From: an uncultured bacterium
GTDB taxonomy: Bacteria; Verrucomicrobiota; Kiritimatiellia; RFP12; UBA1067
Direction: 5' to 3'
Length of the DNA: 64,000 bases
Assembly (NCBI GenBank): GCA_902801025.1
Contig: CADCGZ010000004.1
Coordinates: 5,568-69,567, forward strand
Made by a program: the position numbers and the translations under genes. The notes below the pieces were generated by a model, which was not told where the DNA came from, ran no database searches, and saw nothing but the letters and a program-made list of their open reading frames with translations. Within the stretch, counting starts at the first letter, position 1; each line of letters begins with the position of its first letter. Shown here in pieces: positions 1 to 8,404 of the stretch.

Positions 1-1
1 G

Positions 2-151
2 GTGACGGGAGCAAAGGACTTTGCCGCGAAGGTCAAGGGCAAGAAGGATCTCATTTTCGCCGTCCGCCATCTCGCGCAGACGCGCATGGTCAAGATACAC
101 GTCGAGCCGGATGATGACGCGGCGAAGGACAAGGGGGAAAAATCAAAATGA
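2..151 (+). CDS. 3' end of an unidentified upstream gene (partial, runs off the window start)
   Basis: Frame 2 is open from the window edge to TGA 149-151, which overlaps the panB ATG (ATGA). The tail reads ...DLIFAVRHLAQTRMVKIHVEPDDDAAKDKGEKSK. It is absent from the ORF track because it has no start. No family recognised. Confidence 0.35.
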   Translation: MTGAKDFAAKVKGKKDLIFAVRHLAQTRMVKIHVEPDDDAAKDKGEKSK

Positions 152-799
152 AAAAGTGGAACATTGCGGCCATAAGGGCCGCGAAGGGAAAGACGAAGCT
201 CGGTTGCGTAACTGCCTATGACTCGTGCTTTGCGCGCCTTGCCGACGAGGCTGGCGTGCCGACGAGACGACTCTCCCCGTCAACATGTCCGACACGCTCG
301 CCGCGGTCGCGGCTGTCGCGCGCGGGGCGAAGGACGCGATGGTCGTCGGCGACATGCCGTTCGGCTCGTACCAGTGCGGAGACGACGAGGCGGTGAAGAA
401 CGCCGTCGCGATCATCAAGGCCGGCGCGGACGCCGTGAAGCTTGAGGGCGGGGCGTCCGTGTGCGGACTCATCCGCCGCCTCACGACGGCCGGCATCCCC
501 GTCCTCGCGCACGTCGGGATGACGCCGCAGTCCGTCAACGAGTACGGCGGCTTCAAGAAGCAGGGCAAGACGCGCGAGGCCTCGCCGCGGAGATCACCGC
601 GGCGCTCAAGATCGTCACGGTTGGAATCGGTGCTGGGCCTGTGTGCGACGCGCAGTGGCTCGTCATGCACGACCTTCTCGGACTCAACGAGAAGGTGCCG
701 TCGTTCGTGAAGAAGTACGCCGACCTCGCGGCGACCGTGCGCGGCGCATTTGCCGCGTATGTCAAGGAAGTTGCAGATGGGACGTTTCCAAATTCATAA
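148..799 (+). pseudogene. panB: 3-methyl-2-oxobutanoate hydroxymethyltransferase (PanB) remnant with two out-of-frame internal deletions
   Basis: PanB-like sequence is split over three frames. Piece 1 is MKKWNIAAIRAAKGKTKLGCVTAYDSCFARLADEAGVP. Piece 2 is TTLPVNMSD...VVGDMPFGSYQ...GMTPQSVNEYGGFKKQGKTREA. Piece 3 is LAAEITAALKIVTVGIGAGP...WLVMHDLLGL...FPNS stop. The VGDSLGM-type and LECVP-type segments expected between the pieces are missing. Confidence 0.75.
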
Positions 800-823
800 C
801 ATAAACCACACAGGAGAAAAGCC

Positions 824-2368
824 ATGAAGATAGTGCATTGCTCCCGCCTTGCGACAGTCGCCATGACGACAGCCGTCTTGTCTTGCGCTGCCGCTTTTGC
901 GGCCGATGTTCCACAGATCATACCCGCGCCGCGTAAGATGGCCTTGGGCGAGGGGGAATTCGTGTGCAAGGGCGATGCCGCCGCTCAGGCGAAGTTCGAG
1001 ACTGACGCCGCGATTCCGAAAGAGGGCTATCGGCTTTCCGTCGCTAAGGACGGAATCAAGGTCGTCTTTTCTGACGATGCCGGACGCTTCTACGCGCTCG
1101 AGACGCTGAAGCAGCTTGCCGCCAAGGACGGCAAGGACGGTGCGAAGGTCCCGTGCGTCGAGATCGAGGACTCGCCGCGCTACAGCTGGCGCGGCTTCCA
1201 CCTCGACGAGTGCCGCCACTTCTTCGGCAAGGAGACCGTCAAGTCGATTCTCGACCTTATGGCGCGCTACAAGCTCAACCGCTTCCACTGGCATCTCACG
1301 GAGGACCAGGGTTGGCGCGTGGACGTTCCCGGCTATCCCGACCTCGTGAAGTACGGCGCGGTGCGTTCGGCGAGTCCGAGGCACGGCGAGAAGGCCTACA
1401 CCGGCACGAAGGAGGACGCCGCCAAGCTCAACGGTGTCCAGTACGGGCCATACTACTACACCGAGGCCGATCTCAGGGAAATTGTTGCATATGCCGCGGA
1501 GAGGCACATCCAGGTCGTTCCCGAAATCGAGCTTCCGGGCCATGTCTACGCTGCGCTCGCGGCATATCCGCAGTTCGCCTGCCGTCCCGAGAATCTCGCC
1601 GCCCGCGAGCCGCGCCTAGTGTGGGGCATCGAGAAGGACGTCCTCTGCCTTGGCAACGACGAGGCGATAAAGTTCATGGAGAACGTCGTCGACTGGGTGT
1701 GCAAGGTGTTTCCCGGCGATGTCGTGCATATCGGCGGCGACGAGTGCCCGCAGGTCCGCTGGCAGTCGTGCCCCAAGTGCCAGGAGAGGATCAAGAAGGA
1801 AGGCCTTGGCGACCACCACGGGCTCCAGCCGTGGATCACGCGTCATTTCGTGAAGTTCCTCGCCGACAGGGGCAAGCGAACGCTTGGCTGGGACGAGTAT
1901 CTTCTCGGCGACATTCCGAAGAGCGCGATGGGCATGAGTTGGCGCGAGAGCCGCAGCGGCGCGGGACACGAGCTCGTCTCGGGCGCGGCGGCTGCGACGC
2001 GCGGGCACGACGTAGTGATGACGCCGTGCAGCTATTGCTACCTTGACTACGGACAGGGGCTCAAGGAAGATCCGTTCTTCTACATTGGCGGCAAGGTGAC
2101 GCTTGAGCGATGCTACTCGTTCGATCCGTGCGCGGGCGTTCCCGACAATGCCAAGGCGCATATCCTCGGTGGCCAGGGCAACAACTGGACCGAGTATACC
2201 TGGAACGAATACGACCTTGAATGGAAGGCGTGGCCGCGCATGCTCGCGCTTTCCGAGGTGTTCTGGCTCGGAGAGGCGAAGCCCGGCTTCGCGGACTTCA
2301 AGAAGCGCGCCGCAGCGCAGAGGAGCTGGCTCGTCCGCCACGGCGTTAACTGCGCTCCGCTCGAATAG
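824..2368 (+). CDS. GH20 beta-N-acetylhexosaminidase, exported
   Basis: 514-aa ORF with an N-terminal signal-like segment (VAMTTAVLSCAAAFAADV). GH20 hallmarks are RGFHLDECRHFF, NRFHWHLTEDQGWR and HIGGDECP. GGAG lies upstream of the ATG. Confidence 0.9.
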   Translation: MKIVHCSRLATVAMTTAVLSCAAAFAADVPQIIPAPRKMALGEGEFVCKGDAAAQAKFETDAAIPKEGYRLSVAKDGIKVVFSDDAGRFYALETLKQLAAKDGKDGAKVPCVEIEDSPRYSWRGFHLDECRHFFGKETVKSILDLMARYKLNRFHWHLTEDQGWRVDVPGYPDLVKYGAVRSASPRHGEKAYTGTKEDAAKLNGVQYGPYYYTEADLREIVAYAAERHIQVVPEIELPGHVYAALAAYPQFACRPENLAAREPRLVWGIEKDVLCLGNDEAIKFMENVVDWVCKVFPGDVVHIGGDECPQVRWQSCPKCQERIKKEGLGDHHGLQPWITRHFVKFLADRGKRTLGWDEYLLGDIPKSAMGMSWRESRSGAGHELVSGAAAATRGHDVVMTPCSYCYLDYGQGLKEDPFFYIGGKVTLERCYSFDPCAGVPDNAKAHILGGQGNNWTEYTWNEYDLEWKAWPRMLALSEVFWLGEAKPGFADFKKRAAAQRSWLVRHGVNCAPLE

Positions 2369-2389
2369 TCCCGTCGATTATGGTATAAT
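2361..2389 (+). promoter_or_regulatory. Putative sigma70-type promoter of kdsA (extended -10), apparently leaderless
   Basis: TCGAAT (2361-2366), 17-nt spacer, TGgTATAAT (2381-2389). The ATG at 2396 is only 6 nt after the -10 box, with no Shine-Dalgarno in between. Confidence 0.45.
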
Positions 2390-2395
2390 ATCAAC

Positions 2396-3217
2396 ATGAA
2401 GAAAATTCCTGTCGACAAGGGTGTTGCGTTCGGCGACGGAGGACTCGTTTTCATAGCGGGGCCGTGCGTCATAGAATCGCGCGAAATGGCGCTTGACCTC
2501 GCGAGGCGGCTTTCGTCCCTTGCGCGGAAGCTCAAGGTCGGCTACGTCTTCAAGGCGAGCTTCGACAAGGCGAACCGCACGAGCGTCGATTCCTATCGCG
2601 GCCCCGGCATAGACAAGGGGCTTGAGATCCTTTCCGAGATCCGTGCGAAGTTCGACGTCCCCGTTCTCACAGACGTCCACGAGCCGTGGCAGTGCAAGGT
2701 CGTCGCGGAGGTCTGCGACGTGCTGCAGATCCCCGCGTTCCTCGCGCGGCAGACAGACCTCGTCGTCGCGGCCGGCGAGACAGGCGCGGTTGTCAACGTC
2801 AAGAAGGGCCAGTTCATGGCCCCCGAGGACATGTCGCAGGTGATTCGCAAGATCGAGTCGACCGGCAACAGGCGCATCGTCCTCTGCGAGCGCGGCGCCA
2901 GCTTCGGCTACCACAATCTCGTCGCCGACATGCGTTCGCTTCTCGTGATGCGCGAACTCGGCTATCCCGTCGTGATGGATGCGACGCACTCGGTGCAGAG
3001 GCCGGGCGGACTTGGCACCGGCTCTGGCGGCGACGGCAAGTATGCGCCTGCGCTCGCTCGCGCCGCGGTCGCGACGGGCGTCGACGGCGTCTTCATGGAG
3101 ACGCACGTGAACCCGAAGGTCGCGAAGTCCGACGCCGCGAATGCAATCAAGTTCTCCGAGGTCGAGAAGCTGTGGAAGACGCTCCTCGCCATCCACAAGG
3201 TCGTGAAGGGCGCGTAG
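2396..3217 (+). CDS. kdsA: 3-deoxy-8-phosphooctulonate (KDO-8-P) synthase
   Basis: 273 aa. Motifs GPCVIES, KASFDKANRTS, QIPAFLARQTDL and DATHSVQRPGG are typical of KdsA. It sits next to lpt genes. Confidence 0.93.
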   Translation: MKKIPVDKGVAFGDGGLVFIAGPCVIESREMALDLARRLSSLARKLKVGYVFKASFDKANRTSVDSYRGPGIDKGLEILSEIRAKFDVPVLTDVHEPWQCKVVAEVCDVLQIPAFLARQTDLVVAAGETGAVVNVKKGQFMAPEDMSQVIRKIESTGNRRIVLCERGASFGYHNLVADMRSLLVMRELGYPVVMDATHSVQRPGGLGTGSGGDGKYAPALARAAVATGVDGVFMETHVNPKVAKSDAANAIKFSEVEKLWKTLLAIHKVVKGA

Positions 3218-3337
3218 GCGCCGATTGGAGTCCAGCGGTTTGAGGAAGTTCCTGATGCCTACACGTCTTGCGTCGCGCGCATCGACGAGCCGGCGACGGA
3301 CGTTACGATTCCCATCGAGCGGCATCCCGACGGATCG

Positions 3338-4099
3338 GTGAAGGCGTCTGTGACGGCGAAGAAGGCGCAGGTGTTTCTCGAAGTGGGAATGATATGGGGC
3401 ACCGAGGTCGTCGTAACGCAGTTCTCGACGAATGGCGTCGTTGAGGCGCGTGTCGAGGCGGACAACTGCGTCATAGACAGGACAACGAAGTCGGGGTGGG
3501 TTGAGGGCCACGCCAAGGCGTTCTACCTCGGCAACGAAGTGGAAGGCGACGGAATCTACTTTTCTTTCGAGGAAGAATTCGTTACAATATACGCAAATAC
3601 CAAGATTAGGGTCAAGGACCAAAAGTTCGACACGAAGGCGATAGTTGGCGGCGGCGGCAAGAACGCAAAGCGCGACGCAGAGATAGCGGCGAGGCGCACA
3701 GACTTCGACCGCAAGGACGGAGTCGTGCTGTTCGATGGCGCAGTGCGCGTTGCGGATTCCGAGTATTCGCTCGGGGCGGACATGCTCTACGCCTTTCTCG
3801 ACGGCACGAATTCCCTCAAGCGCATCGTGGCCGACGGCTCCGTCGTGGTGACGAACGGAACACGTTCCGGCAGCTGCCCTCGCGCGGCCTACGTCAAGTC
3901 CCTCGGCCGCGTGACGATGTACGGAGAGCCGGGGAAGCCGGCGAAGCTCGCGGACGACGGTCGTCGGCACAGCGACGTCGAGGGCAGGAAGATTTCGTTT
4001 TGGCTCGATTCCGAGCAGGTCGAGGTCGAGGGTTCGACGCTGACCGTCGACGGTGTCTCGGGCGGGATGGACGACTTCATTGGACAGGCGGTGAAATGA
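3338..4099 (+). CDS. LptC/LptA (OstA-like) LPS-transport protein, possibly 5'-truncated
   Basis: 253-aa ORF with a GTG start. The second half has the alternating beta-jellyroll pattern of LptA (DGVVLFDGAVRV..ADMLYAF..ADGSVVVTNG..AAYVKSLGRVTMYG). The stop overlaps the lptB start. No signal peptide or TM anchor is detectable. Confidence 0.6.
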   Translation: MKASVTAKKAQVFLEVGMIWGTEVVVTQFSTNGVVEARVEADNCVIDRTTKSGWVEGHAKAFYLGNEVEGDGIYFSFEEEFVTIYANTKIRVKDQKFDTKAIVGGGGKNAKRDAEIAARRTDFDRKDGVVLFDGAVRVADSEYSLGADMLYAFLDGTNSLKRIVADGSVVVTNGTRSGSCPRAAYVKSLGRVTMYGEPGKPAKLADDGRRHSDVEGRKISFWLDSEQVEVEGSTLTVDGVSGGMDDFIGQAVK

Positions 4100-4887
4100 T
4101 GGAAGACCTAGTGACAAAGGCCATGAACGAGATGGCGGAGGAAGCTGTGGCCAAGACGGCCGTCGAGCCGGACCTGCGCGCATCCGGTCTCGTCAAGGCA
4201 TACGGCGACCGCACCGTGGTGAACGGCATGGACGTCTGCTGCTCGTGCGGCGAGATCGTGGGGCTTCTCGGACCTAACGGCGCCGGCAAGACGACGACGT
4301 TCTACATGGTCGTCGGGCTCGTCAAGCCGGATGCGGGGAGCGTAGTTTTCCGCGGCGAGGACATAACGCGGCTTCCGGTGTTCATGCGCGCGAGGAAGGG
4401 GCTTGGCTATCTCGCACAGGAGGCGTCGATCTTCCGCAAGCTCACGGTGTGGGAAAACGTGATGGCGATTCTCGAGACATTGCCCATGTCGCGGAAGGAG
4501 CGCAAGGCGAGGGCCGAGGAGCTGTTGTCCCCGTTTGACCTCATGAAGGTGGCGAAACAGCCCGCCTACACGCTTTCCGGCGGCGAGCGGCGCAAGCTGG
4601 AGATAGCCCGCGCCCTCGTCAGGAACCCGGCGATCCTGATGCTCGACGAGCCGTTCGCAGGCGTCGACCCCCTGAGCGTGAACGAGATACAGGACATCGT
4701 GAGGCGGCTTGCCAAGCAGGGCCTCGGAATCATAATAACCGACCACAATGTGCGCGAGACCCTGTCGGTAGTCGACCGCGCATACATGGTCTACAACGGC
4801 CGGCTTCTCAAGGAGGGCCGCACCGCGGAACTTGTGAACGACCCTGAAGTCAAGGCGAGGTACCTTGGCGATGGGTTCAGGATGTAG
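4096..4887 (+). CDS. lptB: LPS export ABC transporter ATP-binding protein
   Basis: Walker A GLLGPNGAGKTTTF, signature LSGGERRKLEIARAL, Walker B LMLDEPFAGVDP. ATG 4096 overlaps the upstream stop (ATGA). The 4000 start in the track would overlap the previous gene. Confidence 0.92.
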   Translation: MMEDLVTKAMNEMAEEAVAKTAVEPDLRASGLVKAYGDRTVVNGMDVCCSCGEIVGLLGPNGAGKTTTFYMVVGLVKPDAGSVVFRGEDITRLPVFMRARKGLGYLAQEASIFRKLTVWENVMAILETLPMSRKERKARAEELLSPFDLMKVAKQPAYTLSGGERRKLEIARALVRNPAILMLDEPFAGVDPLSVNEIQDIVRRLAKQGLGIIITDHNVRETLSVVDRAYMVYNGRLLKEGRTAELVNDPEVKARYLGDGFRM

Positions 4888-4894
4888 TAAGAGA

Positions 4895-4950
4895 GTTGAA
4901 AAGTTGAATGGTTGAATGGTTGAAAAGTTGAAGAGTTGGAAATCAAACAA
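4895..4950 (+). repeat. Low-GC tandem octamer array (GTTGAAnn x6) followed by AATCAAACAAT
   Basis: GTTGAAAA GTTGAATG GTTGAATG GTTGAAAA GTTGAAGA GTTGGAAA TCAAACAA read directly at 4895-4950, then a T6 run. It sits in the lptB-hpf intergenic region. Confidence 0.85.
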
Positions 4951-4992
4951 TTTTTTAGTTAGATACAGAAACCAAAGGAAAGGAGACAGAAC

Positions 4993-5328
4993 ATGAGCAT
5001 AGAAGTTACGATGAGGCACAGCGACGTGAAGATTGAGTCGCTGAAGGAATATGCGGAGACCCGCATGGCCAAGCTGAAGGAGAAATTTCCTAAGGTGACG
5101 AAGGTCGCCATCGTCATCGACGTCGATGTCAAGAAGCACATGTACATGGCCGAAGTCGTCGCGAACCGCCTCGGTGAGGTCGCTGTCGGCGCGAAGGAGT
5201 TTTCCGAGAGCGGGAAGGGCGTCATCGACGCCGCCGCGGCGCGCGCCGAGCGCCAGCTCCTGAGGATGCGCGTGAAGGCGCGCAAGGGCGCCGTCCGCAA
5301 GCAGCGTGCGGCGTCGGCCAAGAACTGA
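4993..5328 (+). CDS. hpf: Ribosome hibernation promoting factor (HPF/RaiA family, short form)
   Basis: 111 aa. MSIEVTMRH..VKIESLKEYAETRMAKLKEKFPKV...VDVKKHMYMAEV matches the sigma54-modulation/HPF fold pattern. AAGGAAAGGAG lies upstream. The position after lptB is classical. Confidence 0.88.
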   Translation: MSIEVTMRHSDVKIESLKEYAETRMAKLKEKFPKVTKVAIVIDVDVKKHMYMAEVVANRLGEVAVGAKEFSESGKGVIDAAAARAERQLLRMRVKARKGAVRKQRAASAKN

Positions 5329-5339
5329 TCGGAAAGACG

Positions 5340-6323
5340 ATGAAGCGCTTGCCGTCATCCACGCTCTCCCGTTCTGCGAAGATCACCTTCGCCGACTTCC
5401 TGAAAGTCGGCGCGGATCGGCTTCGCCTTTCGGTTGTCGTGGGCGGCGACAGGCTTTCGCGCGAAGTCGAAAGGCCCATGGTCAACAGGCCGGGGCTTGC
5501 CCTTACGGGCTTCTTCGAGCACTTCGCGTGGCGGCGGATGCAGCTTTTCGGCAATGCCGAGATAGCGTATCTGCGCTCGCTTTCCGATGAAGATCGCCTT
5601 GCGCGCATACGCGCCCTCTTTGATCACAAGGCGTTCTGCATTATCTACACGAACGGGCACAAGCCACGCCGCGACGTCATGCGCCTCGCCGAGGAGGCGG
5701 GCGCCATCGTGATGTCGTCGGCGCTGAAGACCCGTGAGCTGATGCACCACAGCGCTTTTGTCATGGAACGGCTGTGCGCGCCGAAGACCTCGCTCTACGG
5801 GACGATGGTCGAGGTGTGCGGTCTCGGCGTGTTCTTCGAAGGCGATCCAGGGATGGGCAAGAGCGAGACGGCGCTTGGCCTCATCAAGCGTGGCCATGCG
5901 CTCGTCGCGGACGATCTCACGTGCATACGGAAGGACGTCGCAAACGACATCCTCTACGGGTCGTCGTCCGAGTCCACCGCCGGCTTCATGGAGATCCGCG
6001 GCATCGGCATAATACACGTTGCAAGTGTCTTCGGCATAAACGCCGTCCGCGGCGAGAAGCAGCTTCAGCTCGTCGTGACTTTCAAGCGGCTAAAGGACAT
6101 CGAGGGCGAGATCGACAGGGTGGGCCAGCGCCGCATGTACACGAACATACTCGGCGTGGACGTGCCGCACTTGATCATGCCGGTGAGCGAGGGCCGGGAC
6201 CTCGTGAACCTGGTCGAGACGGCCGCCCAGCAGCAGAAGCTTATAATCGCCGGGCAGGACCCGGTAGGTGAACTTTCCGAGCGACTCCGTCGGCGGGCGG
6301 ACGGCGCTCTATCCAAGCGGTAA
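5340..6323 (+). CDS. hprK: HPr kinase/phosphorylase (full length)
   Basis: 327 aa. P-loop GVFFEGDPGMGKSETALGLIKRGHALVADD and MEIRGIGIIHV, typical of HprK/P. Confidence 0.92.
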   Translation: MKRLPSSTLSRSAKITFADFLKVGADRLRLSVVVGGDRLSREVERPMVNRPGLALTGFFEHFAWRRMQLFGNAEIAYLRSLSDEDRLARIRALFDHKAFCIIYTNGHKPRRDVMRLAEEAGAIVMSSALKTRELMHHSAFVMERLCAPKTSLYGTMVEVCGLGVFFEGDPGMGKSETALGLIKRGHALVADDLTCIRKDVANDILYGSSSESTAGFMEIRGIGIIHVASVFGINAVRGEKQLQLVVTFKRLKDIEGEIDRVGQRRMYTNILGVDVPHLIMPVSEGRDLVNLVETAAQQQKLIIAGQDPVGELSERLRRRADGALSKR

Positions 6324-6339
6324 AAAAAGGGGAACGCAA

Positions 6340-6627
6340 ATGGCAGAAGAGAAGATGACAAGGGAGCTGACCCTGCTCAACAGGTACGGGATGCACGTCA
6401 GGCCGGCCGGGCTTTTCGCCAAGGTCGCGAGCCGATACGACGCCAGCGTCGAAGTCGAGAAGGACGGCAACGTCGTCTCCGGCAAGTCGATCATGGCCCT
6501 CATGACGCTCGAGGCGACGTGCGGAACCGTACTGAAGGTCACGGCCTCCGGCCCGCAGGCCGCCGAGGTCCTTGACGAGCTTGAGGCGCTCGTCGGACGC
6601 AAGTTCGACATTCCTGATGAGCAGTAA
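6340..6627 (+). CDS. ptsH: Phosphocarrier protein HPr
   Basis: 95 aa from ATG 6340. His-15 context is YGMHVRPAG and Ser-46 context is VSGKSIMALM. GGGGAA lies upstream. Confidence 0.9.
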   Translation: MAEEKMTRELTLLNRYGMHVRPAGLFAKVASRYDASVEVEKDGNVVSGKSIMALMTLEATCGTVLKVTASGPQAAEVLDELEALVGRKFDIPDEQ

Positions 6628-6634
6628 GGCTCCA

Positions 6635-8404
6635 ATGACGACGATCGCGGGACTGGCGACCGCGCGAGGCTTCGCGTCCGGTCCTGTCTTCGTGTACCGA
6701 GGCGACGGGCAGGTGCCCGTCCCGGAGTATCTCGTCGAGAGGGACCGCGTGGACGACGAGCTGATGCGCCTTAAGCGCGCCGTCGTCGAGACGAAACGCG
6801 ACCTCGAGACGCTGATCTCCGTTCTCCGCCAGCGCACTGGCCGCAGCGACGTGCGCGTGTTCGAGTGCCATCTGATGATTCTCGAGGACGAGGCGCTCAA
6901 GGAGGAGACTAAAGGGTACGTGGTCCGCGACCGGCTGAACGCCGAGGCCGCGGTCAGGAAGACCGCCAACGGCGCGCGCCAGCAGTTCGAGCGCATGAAC
7001 GACCCGTATTTCCGCGAACGCGTGCGCGATCTCGACGACATTGAGCGAAGGGTCCTCAAGGCGCTCACCGGCTTTTCGTCCGGCGCCCATATCGAGATAA
7101 GGACGCCGTCCATTGTCGTCGCCGACGACCTTACGCCTTCCGAGACTGTTCAGCTTCCACGCGAGCTTGTCCTCGGCTTCGCCACAAACGGTGGCTCCAC
7201 GACGAGCCATGTAGCGCTTCTTGCAAGAGCCCTCGCCATCCCGGCTGTCACGGGGCTCGTGGACATCACCGCGCGCGTGAAGCCGGGAGAAGTCGTCCTT
7301 CTTGACGGCACGAACGGCGCAGTGACGCTCAACCCCGACGAGTCCACGATACGCCAGTTCAACGATCTCGTCGAACGCCAGCTCGAGCTCACCGAGGATG
7401 CGACACGCGGTGCGCCTGCAGGGACTCTCAAGTCTGGCGGCGACGTTCCCATATACGCGAACATCCATCCCGGCGTTCCGCTTGCCGGGATTCGCGAGCA
7501 GGGCGCTCGCGGCATCGGTCTCTACCGCAGCGAATACCTCTGGCTCAACCGCGAGATGGAGCCGACCGAGGAGGAGCAGTTTGCCGCCTACCGCGATGCG
7601 GCGAAGTTTGCCGCTACTCTTCCCAACGGGGGCGAGATAACGATTCGCTCTCTCGACATCGGCGGCGACAAGCTCGTCAGGGGAATATCCTCGAAGGAGG
7701 CAAATCCCTTTCTTGGCAATCGCTCGATACGCTATCTCCTTTCGCACCGCGACGTCTTTCGCACGCAGCTCAGGGCAATCCTGCGGGCGTCCGTCTACGG
7801 GCACATCTCGATACTCTACCCGATGGTCAGCTGCGTAGACGAACTCGTCGCGTCCTCAATGGTGCTCAACGACGTCAAGGCGAAGCTCGACGACGAAGGC
7901 ATTCCCTACGACCGTTCCATTCGCGTAGGCGCGATGATCGAGGTTCCTTCGGCTGCGCTAATCGCCGACGAGCTCGCGCGCCATGTCGACTTCTTCTCGA
8001 TCGGCACTAACGACCTCGTGCAGTATACGATGGCAGCCGACCGCGGCAACGAGTCGGTCGCCCACCTCTATCAGCCGACGAATCCCGCCGTGCTCAAGCT
8101 TGTGCGCATGACGGTAGATGCGGCGAAGCGGGCGGGGATAAGCGTAGGCGTCTGCGGCGAGTCTGCCGCCGATCCCATAGTCGGCGTCCTCTGGGCGGCG
8201 ATGGGCGTGGATACGCTGTCGATGTCGCCTACATACATCCCGCTCATTTCAAAGATACTTGCACGGCTTACGCGCGAGGATCTTGACGAGTATGCGCGCG
8301 TTCCCGAAAACGTTCCCCCGGGCGAAACCGCGCACGAGATTTACGACATCTGCCATTCCTGGCTCAACACGAAGATCCCGAACCTCGACGACATCCTGAT
8401 ATGA
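6635..8404 (+). CDS. ptsI: Phosphoenolpyruvate-protein phosphotransferase (PTS Enzyme I)
   Basis: N-terminus MTTIAGLATARGFASGPVFVY aligns with the EI start. Further motifs are TNGGSTTSHVALLARALAIPAV (active-site His region) and IGTNDLVQY with a PEP-utilising C-terminal domain. ATG 6617 is an alternative start. Confidence 0.92.
   Translation: MTTIAGLATARGFASGPVFVYRGDGQVPVPEYLVERDRVDDELMRLKRAVVETKRDLETLISVLRQRTGRSDVRVFECHLMILEDEALKEETKGYVVRDRLNAEAAVRKTANGARQQFERMNDPYFRERVRDLDDIERRVLKALTGFSSGAHIEIRTPSIVVADDLTPSETVQLPRELVLGFATNGGSTTSHVALLARALAIPAVTGLVDITARVKPGEVVLLDGTNGAVTLNPDESTIRQFNDLVERQLELTEDATRGAPAGTLKSGGDVPIYANIHPGVPLAGIREQGARGIGLYRSEYLWLNREMEPTEEEQFAAYRDAAKFAATLPNGGEITIRSLDIGGDKLVRGISSKEANPFLGNRSIRYLLSHRDVFRTQLRAILRASVYGHISILYPMVSCVDELVASSMVLNDVKAKLDDEGIPYDRSIRVGAMIEVPSAALIADELARHVDFFSIGTNDLVQYTMAADRGNESVAHLYQPTNPAVLKLVRMTVDAAKRAGISVGVCGESAADPIVGVLWAAMGVDTLSMSPTYIPLISKILARLTREDLDEYARVPENVPPGETAHEIYDICHSWLNTKIPNLDDILI

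Noticed and set aside
2378-4183. Long antisense ORFs throughout the window, for example 2378..4183, 4108..5358, 11300..12670, 16066..17463, 22136..24946, 46962..48659 and 57116..60109 on the - strand
   Set aside because: They lie opposite well-supported + strand genes. Their translations are Arg/Ala/Gly/Pro-rich with no recognisable motifs. This is the usual stop-codon-poor shadow frame of GC-rich DNA.
4895-4950. CRISPR array or minisatellite-encoded peptide at the two micro-repeat loci (4895-4950 and 62797-62901)
   Set aside because: The units are only 7-8 nt with no unique spacers, and no cas genes are present. The intergenic copy has stop codons in all forward frames.
4936-4964. A specific sigma70 promoter for hpf (TTGGAA-17-TTAGAT) or a sigma54 promoter in the repeat tract
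   Set aside because: The -10 candidate matches the consensus at only 3 of 6 positions, and no TGGCAC-N5-TTGC element is present. The tract may still hold the promoter, but I cannot place it.
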